A stretch of 46,079 nucleotides of DNA from an uncultured Bacillota bacterium (GTDB lineage: Bacteria > Bacillota_I > Bacilli_A > RFN20 > CAG-826): the NCBI GenBank assembly GCA_946623775.1, contig CAMORJ010000003.1, forward strand, positions 1-46,079, written 5' to 3'. A model generated the notes under the pieces. That model made no database searches, was not told the origin of the DNA, and worked only from the letters and a program-made list of their open reading frames with translations. Shown piece after piece: positions 16,498 to 25,485 of the stretch (its first letter is position 1; every line of letters begins with the position of its first letter). Both the position numbers and the translations under genes were made by a program.

Positions 16498-17669
16498 GAA
16501 TCGCGATATTCTCCGAGACCTATTATCCGGAGATCAACGGCATCGCCACCTCCATTAATAACCTTAAGACCGCATTGGAAATGCATGGACACAAGGTTCT
16601 TTTGGTGACCACGAATCCCTTCACGAACAAATTGACCTATGAAGACGGCATCATCCGCCTCCCCGGCATCAAATTGAAGTTCTTGTACAACTACAGGATG
16701 AGCCGTTTCTACAACGCGGAAGCCGCCGACATCATCAAAGAGTTCAAGCCTGACGTCGTGCACGTGCAAACAAGCGCTGGCGTTGGTCATTTCGGATCGA
16801 AGATGGGCGATAAGCTTGGAATCGGCAAAGTCTATACGTTCCATACGATGATCGAGGACTACGCTTTCTATCTCACCCATGGTCACTTCGATCATTTCGC
16901 GAGGTATGCGATCAGGAAGTTCTTCCGCGGCAAATCCACGCATTTCGATGAGTTCATCGCCCCAAGCGCGAAGATCAAAGAATACCTACGCTCCATCGGG
17001 GTCGATACCACCGTCTCGGTCATCCCCACCGGCATAGACATCGACCGCTATTCCGCCGAAAACATTGACACGTCCTCCATCGATGAGCTGAAAACGCAAC
17101 TTGGGATAGCGCCCAACGATTTCGTCGTCTTGTATTTGGGGCGCATCGCGAAAGAGAAATCGATCGACTTCCTTCTTAGCGGATTCGCCTCATTCGCCAA
17201 AAAGCACAAAGACGTAAGCGCCAAATTCCTGATTACCGGCTGGGGCCCGGCGGAAGCCGATTTAAAGGCGCTTGCCGCCAAATACAAAATCGCCGATAAA
17301 ACGATCTTCGCTGGCAAGTGCGACCCAACGGAGACGCAAAAGTATTATCATTTAGCCGACTGCTTCGTAAGCGCGTCCCTGACCGAAACGCAGGGACTCA
17401 CCCTCATCGAAGCGCTCGCCTCTTCGATTCCTTGCATCGCTCGATTCGACGAAGCCCTCGTCGAAACAATCCGCAACCGCGAATCCGGATTCCTGTTTTT
17501 GGACGAGCCTGGCTTCGTCCAATGCCTAGAGGATGTGATGAATCTGAACCAAGAAGAGCGTGCGCGCATCGTCGCTGCCGGAAGACAGGCGATCGAGGGC
17601 TTTTCGCTGGAGCTGTTCTATCAAAACATCATCGAGGTCTATAAACGTGTCGAACGAAGAAACTGGTAA
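16494..17669 (+). CDS. GT4 glycosyltransferase, likely 1,2-diacylglycerol 3-alpha-glucosyltransferase
   Basis: MRIAIFSETYYPEINGIATS, GRIAKEK, SLTETQGLTLIEALAS. Confidence 0.85.
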   Translation: MRIAIFSETYYPEINGIATSINNLKTALEMHGHKVLLVTTNPFTNKLTYEDGIIRLPGIKLKFLYNYRMSRFYNAEAADIIKEFKPDVVHVQTSAGVGHFGSKMGDKLGIGKVYTFHTMIEDYAFYLTHGHFDHFARYAIRKFFRGKSTHFDEFIAPSAKIKEYLRSIGVDTTVSVIPTGIDIDRYSAENIDTSSIDELKTQLGIAPNDFVVLYLGRIAKEKSIDFLLSGFASFAKKHKDVSAKFLITGWGPAEADLKALAAKYKIADKTIFAGKCDPTETQKYYHLADCFVSASLTETQGLTLIEALASSIPCIARFDEALVETIRNRESGFLFLDEPGFVQCLEDVMNLNQEERARIVAAGRQAIEGFSLELFYQNIIEVYKRVERRNW

Positions 17670-17670
17670 A

Positions 17671-18462
17671 TTGGTTCGCGTTGATTCGGTCGCAGCCAAA
17701 GGTAAGAAAATAGAGATATCTTTTTCTAACGGCGAGAAGGTGCTCTGCAGCCCTGACTCCTATAGCGAGTTCCGCCTGTACGAAGGGAAAGAAGTCAACC
17801 GCATCGAATTCAATAAGATAAAAGATTACGTGCGAATGGAAGGCCTGTACGCGTATGCGCTGGGCTTGATTGGGAAGCGCATGCGCTCCAAAAAGGAAGT
17901 CCGCGATAAGTTGATCGCGAAGGGCGCCGATTTGGAGACGCACCGCAAAATCATCTTCCGCCTTGAGAAACAAGGGCTCTTAGACGACAAGGAATTCGCT
18001 TTCGCCTATAGCGAAGAAGCGAGTCAATATAAGCATCTAGGAAAGCTTGCAATCCTTGCAAAATTGAAAGAATTGGGCATTTCTGAAGACCTTTTGGCAA
18101 AATTGTCCTTCTCTGACAAAGTGGAATTGGATAATGCTTTGATTTGCCTTGAGACGCTTAATATGCGTTATCAGAGGTTCCCCGATAGGAGGAAGAGGCA
18201 AGCATGCCGGCTCGGTCTCCATAAGCAGGGATTCGAAGAGCATATCATTGAAGAGGCGATGTCCAGAGGATACCAAAAGCCCTCCGACAAAGAGGAAGGA
18301 AAGTCCTTGGATAAAGCCGTCGACAAAGCCATTGCTCACTATGCGCGCAAATACAGCGGCTATGAATTATATAAAAGGGTGCTCGGCTCTTTGGCCATGA
18401 AAGGGTATGATTATGACGATATCCGCAGCAAACTGGAGGAGAAGATAGATGTACATTCGTGA
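17671..18462 (+). CDS. recX: RecX family regulator (long Firmicutes type); start uncertain
   Basis: RMRSKKEVRDKL, GLLDDKEFA, GKLAILAKLKELGI and repeated KGF/KGY helical motifs. Confidence 0.75.
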   Translation: MVRVDSVAAKGKKIEISFSNGEKVLCSPDSYSEFRLYEGKEVNRIEFNKIKDYVRMEGLYAYALGLIGKRMRSKKEVRDKLIAKGADLETHRKIIFRLEKQGLLDDKEFAFAYSEEASQYKHLGKLAILAKLKELGISEDLLAKLSFSDKVELDNALICLETLNMRYQRFPDRRKRQACRLGLHKQGFEEHIIEEAMSRGYQKPSDKEEGKSLDKAVDKAIAHYARKYSGYELYKRVLGSLAMKGYDYDDIRSKLEEKIDVHS

Positions 18463-19492
18463 ATTTGCCGATGGCGTGCGCGTGGAAGGGCAATTCCTCG
18501 TCGCAGATAGCAAGAAAGGCGTCAGCGCGGCCGGCAAGGCCTATTTGACCTTGACGCTTCAGGACTCCTCCGGCCAAATCGAAGCCAAGAAATGGGATTA
18601 CGAAGAGGGCGATGACGAAAGATACGCCAAAGGAATCATCGTCAATATCGATGGCATGGCAAACGCTTACAAGAACACCCTTCAGATTAAGGTTTTCTCC
18701 ATCTCCCCCGTGGTGTTGGAGAACATTGATTGGTCGCGTTTCGTCGCAAGCGCGCCAGTCGCTTTGCCTGTCCTAAAAGAGAAACTTAATGGATACGTGT
18801 CATCGATTTCGGATCCAGACGTGCGCTCTTTAGTGGAGGCGATGCTTGATTTGTTCGGCGAGAAATACCTGACCCATCCTGCTGCCGTCCGCAATCACCA
18901 CGATTATGTTTCCGGGCTTCTATATCATTCCATCACGATGGCGGACATGGCCGCCAAGGTTTGCCGCGTCTACCCCTCGCTGAACCGCGATATCATGATC
19001 GGCGGAGTCATTGTCCACGATATGGGAAAGACCATCGAATTGTCTGGGGCGAACGCGACGGCATTTACCCTAGAGGGCAAATTGCTTGGCCATATCGCAA
19101 TCGGCCAAGCAGAGCTTCGCGCCGTCGCGAAAAAACTCGGCATGTTCGAATTCGATTCGCTGCCGCCTGCAGAGCAGACGATTGAGCATCCGCTGTTCCG
19201 CAAAAAGGAAATCGCCATTACCTTTGAGCACATTATCCTCTCGCATCACTCCAAACCGGAATTCGGCTCTGCCGTCACGCCGCTGACCCGTGAGGCGCTT
19301 GTAATCGCCATGATCGATGATTTGGACGCAAAGATGATGATTCTCGACAAGGCGTTCCGCGACGTGCCTAAGGGCGGATCCAGCGCAAAGCTATTCAATA
19401 TGGATGACCGTTACTTCTATCTCCCGACCTACTCCAATGAGGGAGCCGTTGCCGGCACCAGCGTTGAAGAAGAGCAAGAAGACCTAAAATAA
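18449..19492 (+). CDS. yhaM: 3'-5' exoribonuclease YhaM (OB + HD domains)
   Basis: YLTLTLQDSSGQIEAK, PAAVRNHH, HDMGK, EGKLLGHI, ILSHH. Confidence 0.9.
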   Translation: MYIREFADGVRVEGQFLVADSKKGVSAAGKAYLTLTLQDSSGQIEAKKWDYEEGDDERYAKGIIVNIDGMANAYKNTLQIKVFSISPVVLENIDWSRFVASAPVALPVLKEKLNGYVSSISDPDVRSLVEAMLDLFGEKYLTHPAAVRNHHDYVSGLLYHSITMADMAAKVCRVYPSLNRDIMIGGVIVHDMGKTIELSGANATAFTLEGKLLGHIAIGQAELRAVAKKLGMFEFDSLPPAEQTIEHPLFRKKEIAITFEHIILSHHSKPEFGSAVTPLTREALVIAMIDDLDAKMMILDKAFRDVPKGGSSAKLFNMDDRYFYLPTYSNEGAVAGTSVEEEQEDLK

Positions 19493-19496
19493 AAAC

Positions 19497-19548
19497 CAAT
19501 CGAAAAAAGGAGCGACTTCGCATACATGGGTCGCTCCTTTTTCGATTG
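19497..19548. terminator. Bidirectional terminator between yhaM and hit
   Basis: Near-perfect ~19-bp inverted repeat CAATCGAAAAAAGGAGCGAC...GTCGCTCCTTTTTCGATTG. Confidence 0.85.
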
Positions 19549-19555
19549 TATTGGC

Positions 19556-19975
19556 TTATAGTGATTCCTTGATTTGGTCCGCGAGGTCATGCAGTTCAAG
19601 CATGTTGACTTTTTGGGATTGCATCTCGATGCGGAAGCCGCCTTGGGCATCTAAGTACCTGGGGATGACGTGAACATGGAAGTGGGGGACGCTTTGTCCT
19701 GCCGCTTCTCCGACGTTGGAGAGGATGTTGACGCCGTCGGCGCCTAATTCCCTCATCATCGCCTGGCCGAGCTTCTGAGCGACGTTCATGACCTTGCCCA
19801 TTAATTCCGCTGGGCAGGCGAGGAAATCGCCGTAGTGCTTCTTCGGCATGACCAGAGTGTGGCCCCTGGTCGTCTGCGAGATGTCTAATATCGCAATGAC
19901 GTCCTGGTCTTCGTAAACGATGTTGCTTTGGATTTCTCCGTCGATGATTCTGCAGAAGATGTCTTTTTCTTCCAT
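19556..19975 (-). CDS. hit: HIT family nucleotide hydrolase (Hint-like)
   Basis: IFCRII, GHTLVMPKKH, AGQSVPHFHVHVIPR. Confidence 0.92.
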   Translation of the reverse strand: MEEKDIFCRIIDGEIQSNIVYEDQDVIAILDISQTTRGHTLVMPKKHYGDFLACPAELMGKVMNVAQKLGQAMMRELGADGVNILSNVGEAAGQSVPHFHVHVIPRYLDAQGGFRIEMQSQKVNMLELHDLADQIKESL

Positions 19976-20000
19976 GTCTAGGCCTCCATATATAAATAAG

Positions 20001-20035
20001 ATAAAAGGGCATGGCTTTCGCCGTGCCCTTATTAT
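20001..20035 (-). terminator. Terminator after the lipoprotein pair
   Basis: AAGGGCATGGC-TTTC-GCCGTGCCCTT hairpin with a T-rich tail on the minus strand. Confidence 0.7.
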
Positions 20036-20047
20036 AGCGCTTTTCGA

Positions 20048-21646
20048 TTACTCGAAGAGATCGGGGAAGGTCTCGACGAAGTAGTCATAGACGGCTTTGT
20101 CGTGGAACTTCATGGCCATCTCTTCAACGTAATGCTGCTTAGCGGCCTTCTTATACGACTCGGTGGAAGAGAGCAAGCTCGCGACATTGAGGACGATGTC
20201 CCTTTGATAGGCATAGTCACGGGTATGGGCGGCATTGGTGCCCTCAACCATGTTCTGGTAAGCCTGAGGCGCATTCTCTTCGTCGATGAGCTTAGGAGCC
20301 TTGACGGCTTCGTCGACCCTGACGAGGTAGCTGGTGCCGGAATCCTTGTCATAGATGGCATAAGGATAGGCTTCGCCGTTAGGATACTTCTCAGGAACCA
20401 TGTAGTAGTTGCCCTGGACATACCAGCCGAAGGAGCCAGCACCGATGGTGGAGTCGACTTCGTTGGCGACCGTCATCTTGAAGACGCGGTTCTTGATGGA
20501 GGAAGGAAGCCCATCGAGTCCAGAGGAGGTGTACCAGCCATCGTGGACCTTGTTGGTCGCTTTGAGCTGGCGCTTCTCGAGTTCAAGCCCAACTTCCTTG
20601 GTGTAGGCGTTGGAATTGGTGAAATCGTGGGAGGTGCCGTTGATGTTGCGGTCTTCGGAGATTTCCGAATAGTCCAACAAGAGTTTGCCATAGGCGGTCT
20701 CATCGTAAGCGGAGGTGACGGCGTTCAATGTGAAGCCGGCGTTGCTGTAGATGTTCGCGGCAAGGGTCTCCCAATTGGCATCGGTGAAGTCCCAATAGCC
20801 ATTGTAGAGGGCGTTGAGGTAACGGAAGTCGCGATATTTCGGATCGACCGCATCATCCGCCAAAACGAGTTCGCAATAGGCGCGGACAAGCTTCTGGGTG
20901 GCAGCTTCCTTCTCGAGGTCGGGAAGGGCGATGTAACTGACCTTGCGAGCATAGCTCCTGCCGAGGGCGCCGTAGTTCTTCTCGAGCAAGTACTGCTCGG
21001 TGAGGGCGGTGCGATAGAGCTCGGGGAGAAGCGCGCGTTTGATGTAATCCTTGTAGGTGACGAGGAAGTCGGTGAAGTATTCTTCAACGTCTTCTTTGTC
21101 TTTCATCGCGTCGAGCTGGACCTCTTTGAAGTTGGTTCCGGCGGGAAGCTCTTCTAAGGCATAGAGCTCATTGATCTGGGCTTTGTAGAACTTCTCTTCG
21201 AGGAAGACGGAACGCTTCTGATAGGAGGAGTTGCTGACGAAGGACCAGAAGGACTCTTTGATGGAGTTGAGATAGCGGTTGTAGAGGGCCTTGACGTTGT
21301 CTTTGCCTTTGTCGCCGGTGCCGTAGATGGAGTGGGCGGCAAGGAAGGCATCCATCTTGGAAGCGTCTTCGACGGCTTCGCGGAGCTCATAGAATTCGCC
21401 GAAGAGGCTTTGGGAATAGAGCTCAAGGATGTTGTTGAGGACTTTCTCGGAATTGGAGTTGCTGGAGCTGACCAACGCGTCGTAGATCTCGGAAAGCTTG
21501 TTGTTGGGGATGGTCTGATCGACTTTGATGATGGGAGCGTTCTGCTCGGCTTCGGAGAGTTTGGCTTCGATGTCGTCGCAGGATGCAAGCATCACGGTCG
21601 AGGCCGCGAGGATGGTCGCGACCAATTTCTTCATTTTATTTGCCAT
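20048..21646 (-). CDS. Lipoprotein (~532 aa), probable degenerate PrsA-like paralog
   Basis: MKKLVATILAASTVMLASC lipobox; AAAGGAGG SD; overlaps the upstream gene; strong codon bias. Confidence 0.75.
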   Translation of the reverse strand: MANKMKKLVATILAASTVMLASCDDIEAKLSEAEQNAPIIKVDQTIPNNKLSEIYDALVSSSNSNSEKVLNNILELYSQSLFGEFYELREAVEDASKMDAFLAAHSIYGTGDKGKDNVKALYNRYLNSIKESFWSFVSNSSYQKRSVFLEEKFYKAQINELYALEELPAGTNFKEVQLDAMKDKEDVEEYFTDFLVTYKDYIKRALLPELYRTALTEQYLLEKNYGALGRSYARKVSYIALPDLEKEAATQKLVRAYCELVLADDAVDPKYRDFRYLNALYNGYWDFTDANWETLAANIYSNAGFTLNAVTSAYDETAYGKLLLDYSEISEDRNINGTSHDFTNSNAYTKEVGLELEKRQLKATNKVHDGWYTSSGLDGLPSSIKNRVFKMTVANEVDSTIGAGSFGWYVQGNYYMVPEKYPNGEAYPYAIYDKDSGTSYLVRVDEAVKAPKLIDEENAPQAYQNMVEGTNAAHTRDYAYQRDIVLNVASLLSSTESYKKAAKQHYVEEMAMKFHDKAVYDYFVETFPDLFE

Positions 21647-23756
21647 TGGAGCAAGCGCCTCCTTTCGCCCAGTCGCCGGCACCAGTCTTAGCGCTGTTGG
21701 AGCCGTAGTTGATCGCGCAGGTTTCGGAGATGAGACGCTGAGTTCCGTTGTCATTCATCTTCCTGGCGGAATCTTGCTGAGCCAAGTATTCAGCATAGTT
21801 GGTCCAGTCTTCATCGAATTTCTCGACAAAGTCATTGAAGGATTTGACCCTGCGGGTGGCGATGTAGCTGGTGATCAATTTGCCGAGCCCTTCATCGTTG
21901 AAGGTGATGTTGCCGGCGTTGATGAGCTCTTCGAACTTATAGAAGTCGAGGACGTCGGACCAGTTGTCCCTCACTTTGGAGGTGACGCTGGAAGCCTGGG
22001 ACTCATACGCCGAGTTGGTGGAAGAGACCAAGGTGTTGACGAAGGTGGTCTTCGCGACGGGTTTGCCGCCCTCTTCATAATAAGGATAATACTGGGCCTC
22101 GTTGTGGCTTGCGATGTTGTCGGCGGACGGAAGTTTGCCCGGGGTGAGCATCGTGTAGTATTCGGAGAGCGAGGTCACGTCGGAATTCTTCTTGCCGGCT
22201 TCATAGTTGGCTTTGGAGATCTGGCTGACCTTGTGGGTGGTCTCATCGTATTCGGTGCCGAATTCGGAAAGGGCAGAGCGATCGACGACGATGAAGTGCA
22301 TGCCTTCATAGGAACCGGAAGCGCCAGCGCGAACCGCCAAGACGATCTGACCCTTGTCGTTGGTCAAGACGTTGTTGGCGAAGCCGGGGAGAATCGCGGT
22401 GGTATCGACGGAGAAGCCGGGGAGGGCGGCGTAATCGGCATTCAAAGTTCCAGCGGTGATTGCCTGGCCGTCAGTTCCGACTTCAGTGGCCTTATAGGCG
22501 GCGTAATCGGCGGCACCCGGGTTAAGGGTCAAGCCGTCAGCGCTGATATAGGCGTTGGTGTCGATGCTGTTCGGAGTGATGACCGCGATCTGGTGGTTGT
22601 TGAAGTATTTGTTGAACAACACGTTGCGCGGATAGAAGTGATTGTCGTTGTTGTTGACCTGATAGCCGAGGTCGGGGTCGCGGGCGATGGCGCTTGCACC
22701 CATGGCGACGAAAGCGCCGTAGGGGATGGAACCGATGCCGCGGTTGACAAACGCATCTTTGACCAGGGAGCCATCGATGAGCTCGGCATCGTCGGAAGGA
22801 AGCAGCAAGTCACGCGGAGTGGTGGTGTCGCCGTCCATATCGTCGATGTTCGCGCCGGCATAATCATTGGGCTCTTGGTTGTAAAGAGCGTCAAAGGCAT
22901 AAACGCCGAGTTTGAATTCGGGAACAAAGCCGGTGTCCTTGTCCATGATGCCGAGGTCGCCGTAGTTGGCAGCGGAGCCGGTGTCTTCCGAGAAGACTTG
23001 GGCGATGGAGCCAAAGGTGAGACGCTGGGCGGAGACGCCTAAGCCAGTGACCGAGGTGTTCTCGACGCCGGCGATTTCTTTGACGACGTCAGAGAGCTTG
23101 CGGGATTCCGCTTCGGAAATGGTGGCCTGGGTGTGCTCGTTTGCACCGGCGCTGGCGAATTTCACAAGGATGTGCGAGACGTGATAGGGCATCTTGTCTT
23201 GCAAGTATCCTTTGGTGATCGGGCCATAGGTCTCGATGAGGTCGTCGGTGGCAAGTGCGGCCCACTTTTCGCCGTCCCTGACCCTGTTGAGCTCTTCCTG
23301 GGTGAAGTACTTCTTGTCGTAGTAGTCCTTTTCGACTTCGAAGAGCTTCTTGTCGAGCAATTCGTCGACGTTATCGACGCCTTCGCTGGAAAGCAGTTTC
23401 TCGAACTCTTCCTGATAGGTGGTTCCATTGCTTTCAGCATTCTTGCTTGCAGTCTCTTTGATGCTGTTGACCTTGTTGAGCGCCTCTTGCTTTAGAGTCG
23501 GAAGCTGTTCGCTGTGGGACTCGAAGTATTGGCGGATCAAGAGTTCCTGCACTTTGCTAAATGCGGTGCTGGCGGCGCTGGTGCCGGTCAAATAGCTGCC
23601 GAAGATGTCTTTGGCAGTATATTCATGGGATTTACCGGCTGCGTCCGTATAAGTCAGCACCACGCCCTCTTTTGCCGTGACTTCGCCGCACGCTGCGATC
23701 GCTGGAATCGCTATCAATGCGGTCACGACGCCGAGGGTGAGTTTCGATTTTTTCAT
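21636..23756 (-). CDS. Large lipoprotein with parvulin/PpiC-type PPIase motifs (PrsA-like foldase)
   Basis: Lipobox IAAC; YHVSHILVK, FGSIAQVFSEDTGSAANYGDLG, FVPEF, GMHFIVV; AAGGAGG SD. Confidence 0.78.
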   Translation of the reverse strand: MKKSKLTLGVVTALIAIPAIAACGEVTAKEGVVLTYTDAAGKSHEYTAKDIFGSYLTGTSAASTAFSKVQELLIRQYFESHSEQLPTLKQEALNKVNSIKETASKNAESNGTTYQEEFEKLLSSEGVDNVDELLDKKLFEVEKDYYDKKYFTQEELNRVRDGEKWAALATDDLIETYGPITKGYLQDKMPYHVSHILVKFASAGANEHTQATISEAESRKLSDVVKEIAGVENTSVTGLGVSAQRLTFGSIAQVFSEDTGSAANYGDLGIMDKDTGFVPEFKLGVYAFDALYNQEPNDYAGANIDDMDGDTTTPRDLLLPSDDAELIDGSLVKDAFVNRGIGSIPYGAFVAMGASAIARDPDLGYQVNNNDNHFYPRNVLFNKYFNNHQIAVITPNSIDTNAYISADGLTLNPGAADYAAYKATEVGTDGQAITAGTLNADYAALPGFSVDTTAILPGFANNVLTNDKGQIVLAVRAGASGSYEGMHFIVVDRSALSEFGTEYDETTHKVSQISKANYEAGKKNSDVTSLSEYYTMLTPGKLPSADNIASHNEAQYYPYYEEGGKPVAKTTFVNTLVSSTNSAYESQASSVTSKVRDNWSDVLDFYKFEELINAGNITFNDEGLGKLITSYIATRRVKSFNDFVEKFDEDWTNYAEYLAQQDSARKMNDNGTQRLISETCAINYGSNSAKTGAGDWAKGGACSNGK

Positions 23757-23978
23757 ACTGGACTCGTTCCTCCTTCGTCTGAACGTAGCGTGATAATCTT
23801 AGCTATTAACAATACTTGTTACAAGAGAAAAATCTTCGTTTTTATTAACTTTTGGGTCGAAAGCGTTCATTTCCTCTACAAAGATAAATCTTTGGCGTGC
23901 TCAAAATTGCTTATCACTTTTGTTGTGCGGCGGAAATGAGATGTCTAGAATATTTAAGCCTTTGGAAAGGAAGCGTCT

Positions 23979-24809
23979 ATGTCGAGTCTAAAAATCAAGA
24001 ACTTACACGTATCGGCCGGTAGCAAGGAAATCCTCCGCGGTGTCGATCTGGAATTGCATGAAGGGGAGACCCTCGCATTGCTTGGTCCTAATGGCCATGG
24101 CAAATCCACATTGCTTGCCGCCATCATGGGAAATCCCGCTTTCACCGTGACCGAAGGCTCCGTCTTCCTCGACGATGTTGACGTATTGTCCCTTTCCGTT
24201 GATGAGCGTTCTAAGGCAGGCCTATTCCTTGCCATGCAGAATCCCGCCGAGATCCCCGGCGTCAATTCCGCCGACTTCCTGAAGATGGCGATGAACGCCC
24301 GCAGGGAGACCCCGATGAAGCTTTTCGAGTTCTATGGCAAACTCCAGAAAGCGTACAAGGAGATGAACATCCCCTTCGAGATGAGCAACCGCAACCTCAA
24401 CGAAGGTTTCTCCGGCGGCGAGAAGAAGAAAAACGAAATCCTGCAGCTCAAATTGCTCAACCCGACCTTTGCGATGCTTGATGAAATCGATTCCGGCTTA
24501 GACGTGGATGCGATTCAGGTCGTCGCCTCCGCCATCCGCGAGGAGCAGGAGAAGGGTCTTGGCTTCCTGGTCATCAGCCATTACGCCAGGCTATACGAAT
24601 TGATTAACCCAACCAGGGCGGCCGTCATGGTCAACGGGCGCATCGCCGTGGCTGGCGGTCCCGAAATCATTGGCCGAATCGACAAGAACGGTTACGAATG
24701 GATCAAGACCGAGCTTGGCATCGAAATCGAGAAGCCGGTAGAGGAAGGTCCAATGAATCAAGTGAGCATCGGCGCCTGCGCCACAAGGGTTGGCTTGGAA
24801 GGAAAATAA
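23979..24809 (+). CDS. sufC: Fe-S cluster assembly ATPase SufC
   Basis: GPNGHGKST, FLAMQNPAEIPGV, NEGFSGGEKKKNEILQ, LDEIDSGLD. Confidence 0.95.
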   Translation: MSSLKIKNLHVSAGSKEILRGVDLELHEGETLALLGPNGHGKSTLLAAIMGNPAFTVTEGSVFLDDVDVLSLSVDERSKAGLFLAMQNPAEIPGVNSADFLKMAMNARRETPMKLFEFYGKLQKAYKEMNIPFEMSNRNLNEGFSGGEKKKNEILQLKLLNPTFAMLDEIDSGLDVDAIQVVASAIREEQEKGLGFLVISHYARLYELINPTRAAVMVNGRIAVAGGPEIIGRIDKNGYEWIKTELGIEIEKPVEEGPMNQVSIGACATRVGLEGK

Positions 24810-24810
24810 G

Positions 24811-25485
24811 ATGATCCTTTCGCTTGTCGATAACGAAATCAAAGACCTCGAATTGGAGGTTAAAGAAGGGGAGCATTTAGACCTTAACATGGTCTGCTTC
24901 CAATCCTTTAAACCCTGCAAAATCGTGGTTAAAGTCCGCGAAAACGGCGTTTTTAGCGGCGCCTTTGCCGACCTTTGCAATTGGTCGGGAAAGGTCGTTG
25001 TGACCGTTGATTTGGAAGAAGGCGCATCAGCTTATTGGCGCGCTGCGTCCATCGCTTCCGGAACCGATAAGAAGGTATTCGATACCTCCGTTTTCCACCT
25101 CGCTCCCCATTCCACCGCCATGATGGCCAACTATGGCATCACCCGCGATGAAAGCCGTTTGAATTTTGCCGGCACAAGCGAAATCCGCAAATTCGCGAAA
25201 GGCGCATCGACTAGGCAAGAAGCGAGAATCATTATTTTTGATCCGAAGAGCGACGGCACTTGCTCGCCCTGCTTGAACATCGACGAAAATGATGTTGTCG
25301 CGTCTCATAGCGCTTCCTGCGGCAAGTTGAGCGAAGACCATTTGTTCTATTTGCTATCTCGCGGTTTGTCTTTGGCCGAGGCCAGAAGGCTTCTGACTCT
25401 TGGTTATTTGAAACCCGTTGTGAACTATTTTGCCGATGAAGCCCTCCGTCAAAGGGTTGATCAAGCTATCGAGGAGGGCGTATGA
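24811..25485 (+). CDS. sufD: SufD (short form)
   Basis: PCLNIDENDVVASHSASCG, LFYLLSRGL; operon position. Confidence 0.88.
   Translation: MILSLVDNEIKDLELEVKEGEHLDLNMVCFQSFKPCKIVVKVRENGVFSGAFADLCNWSGKVVVTVDLEEGASAYWRAASIASGTDKKVFDTSVFHLAPHSTAMMANYGITRDESRLNFAGTSEIRKFAKGASTRQEARIIIFDPKSDGTCSPCLNIDENDVVASHSASCGKLSEDHLFYLLSRGLSLAEARRLLTLGYLKPVVNYFADEALRQRVDQAIEEGV

Noticed and set aside
19497-19548. Long inverted repeat as a MITE or IS end
   Set aside because: Lies between convergent genes with A/T runs on both sides; no target duplication or second copy; fits a bidirectional terminator
20102-23042. Long plus-strand ORFs (351 and 505 aa) opposite the lipoprotein genes
   Set aside because: Antisense shadows caused by codon bias; V/G/D-rich, no recognisable domain
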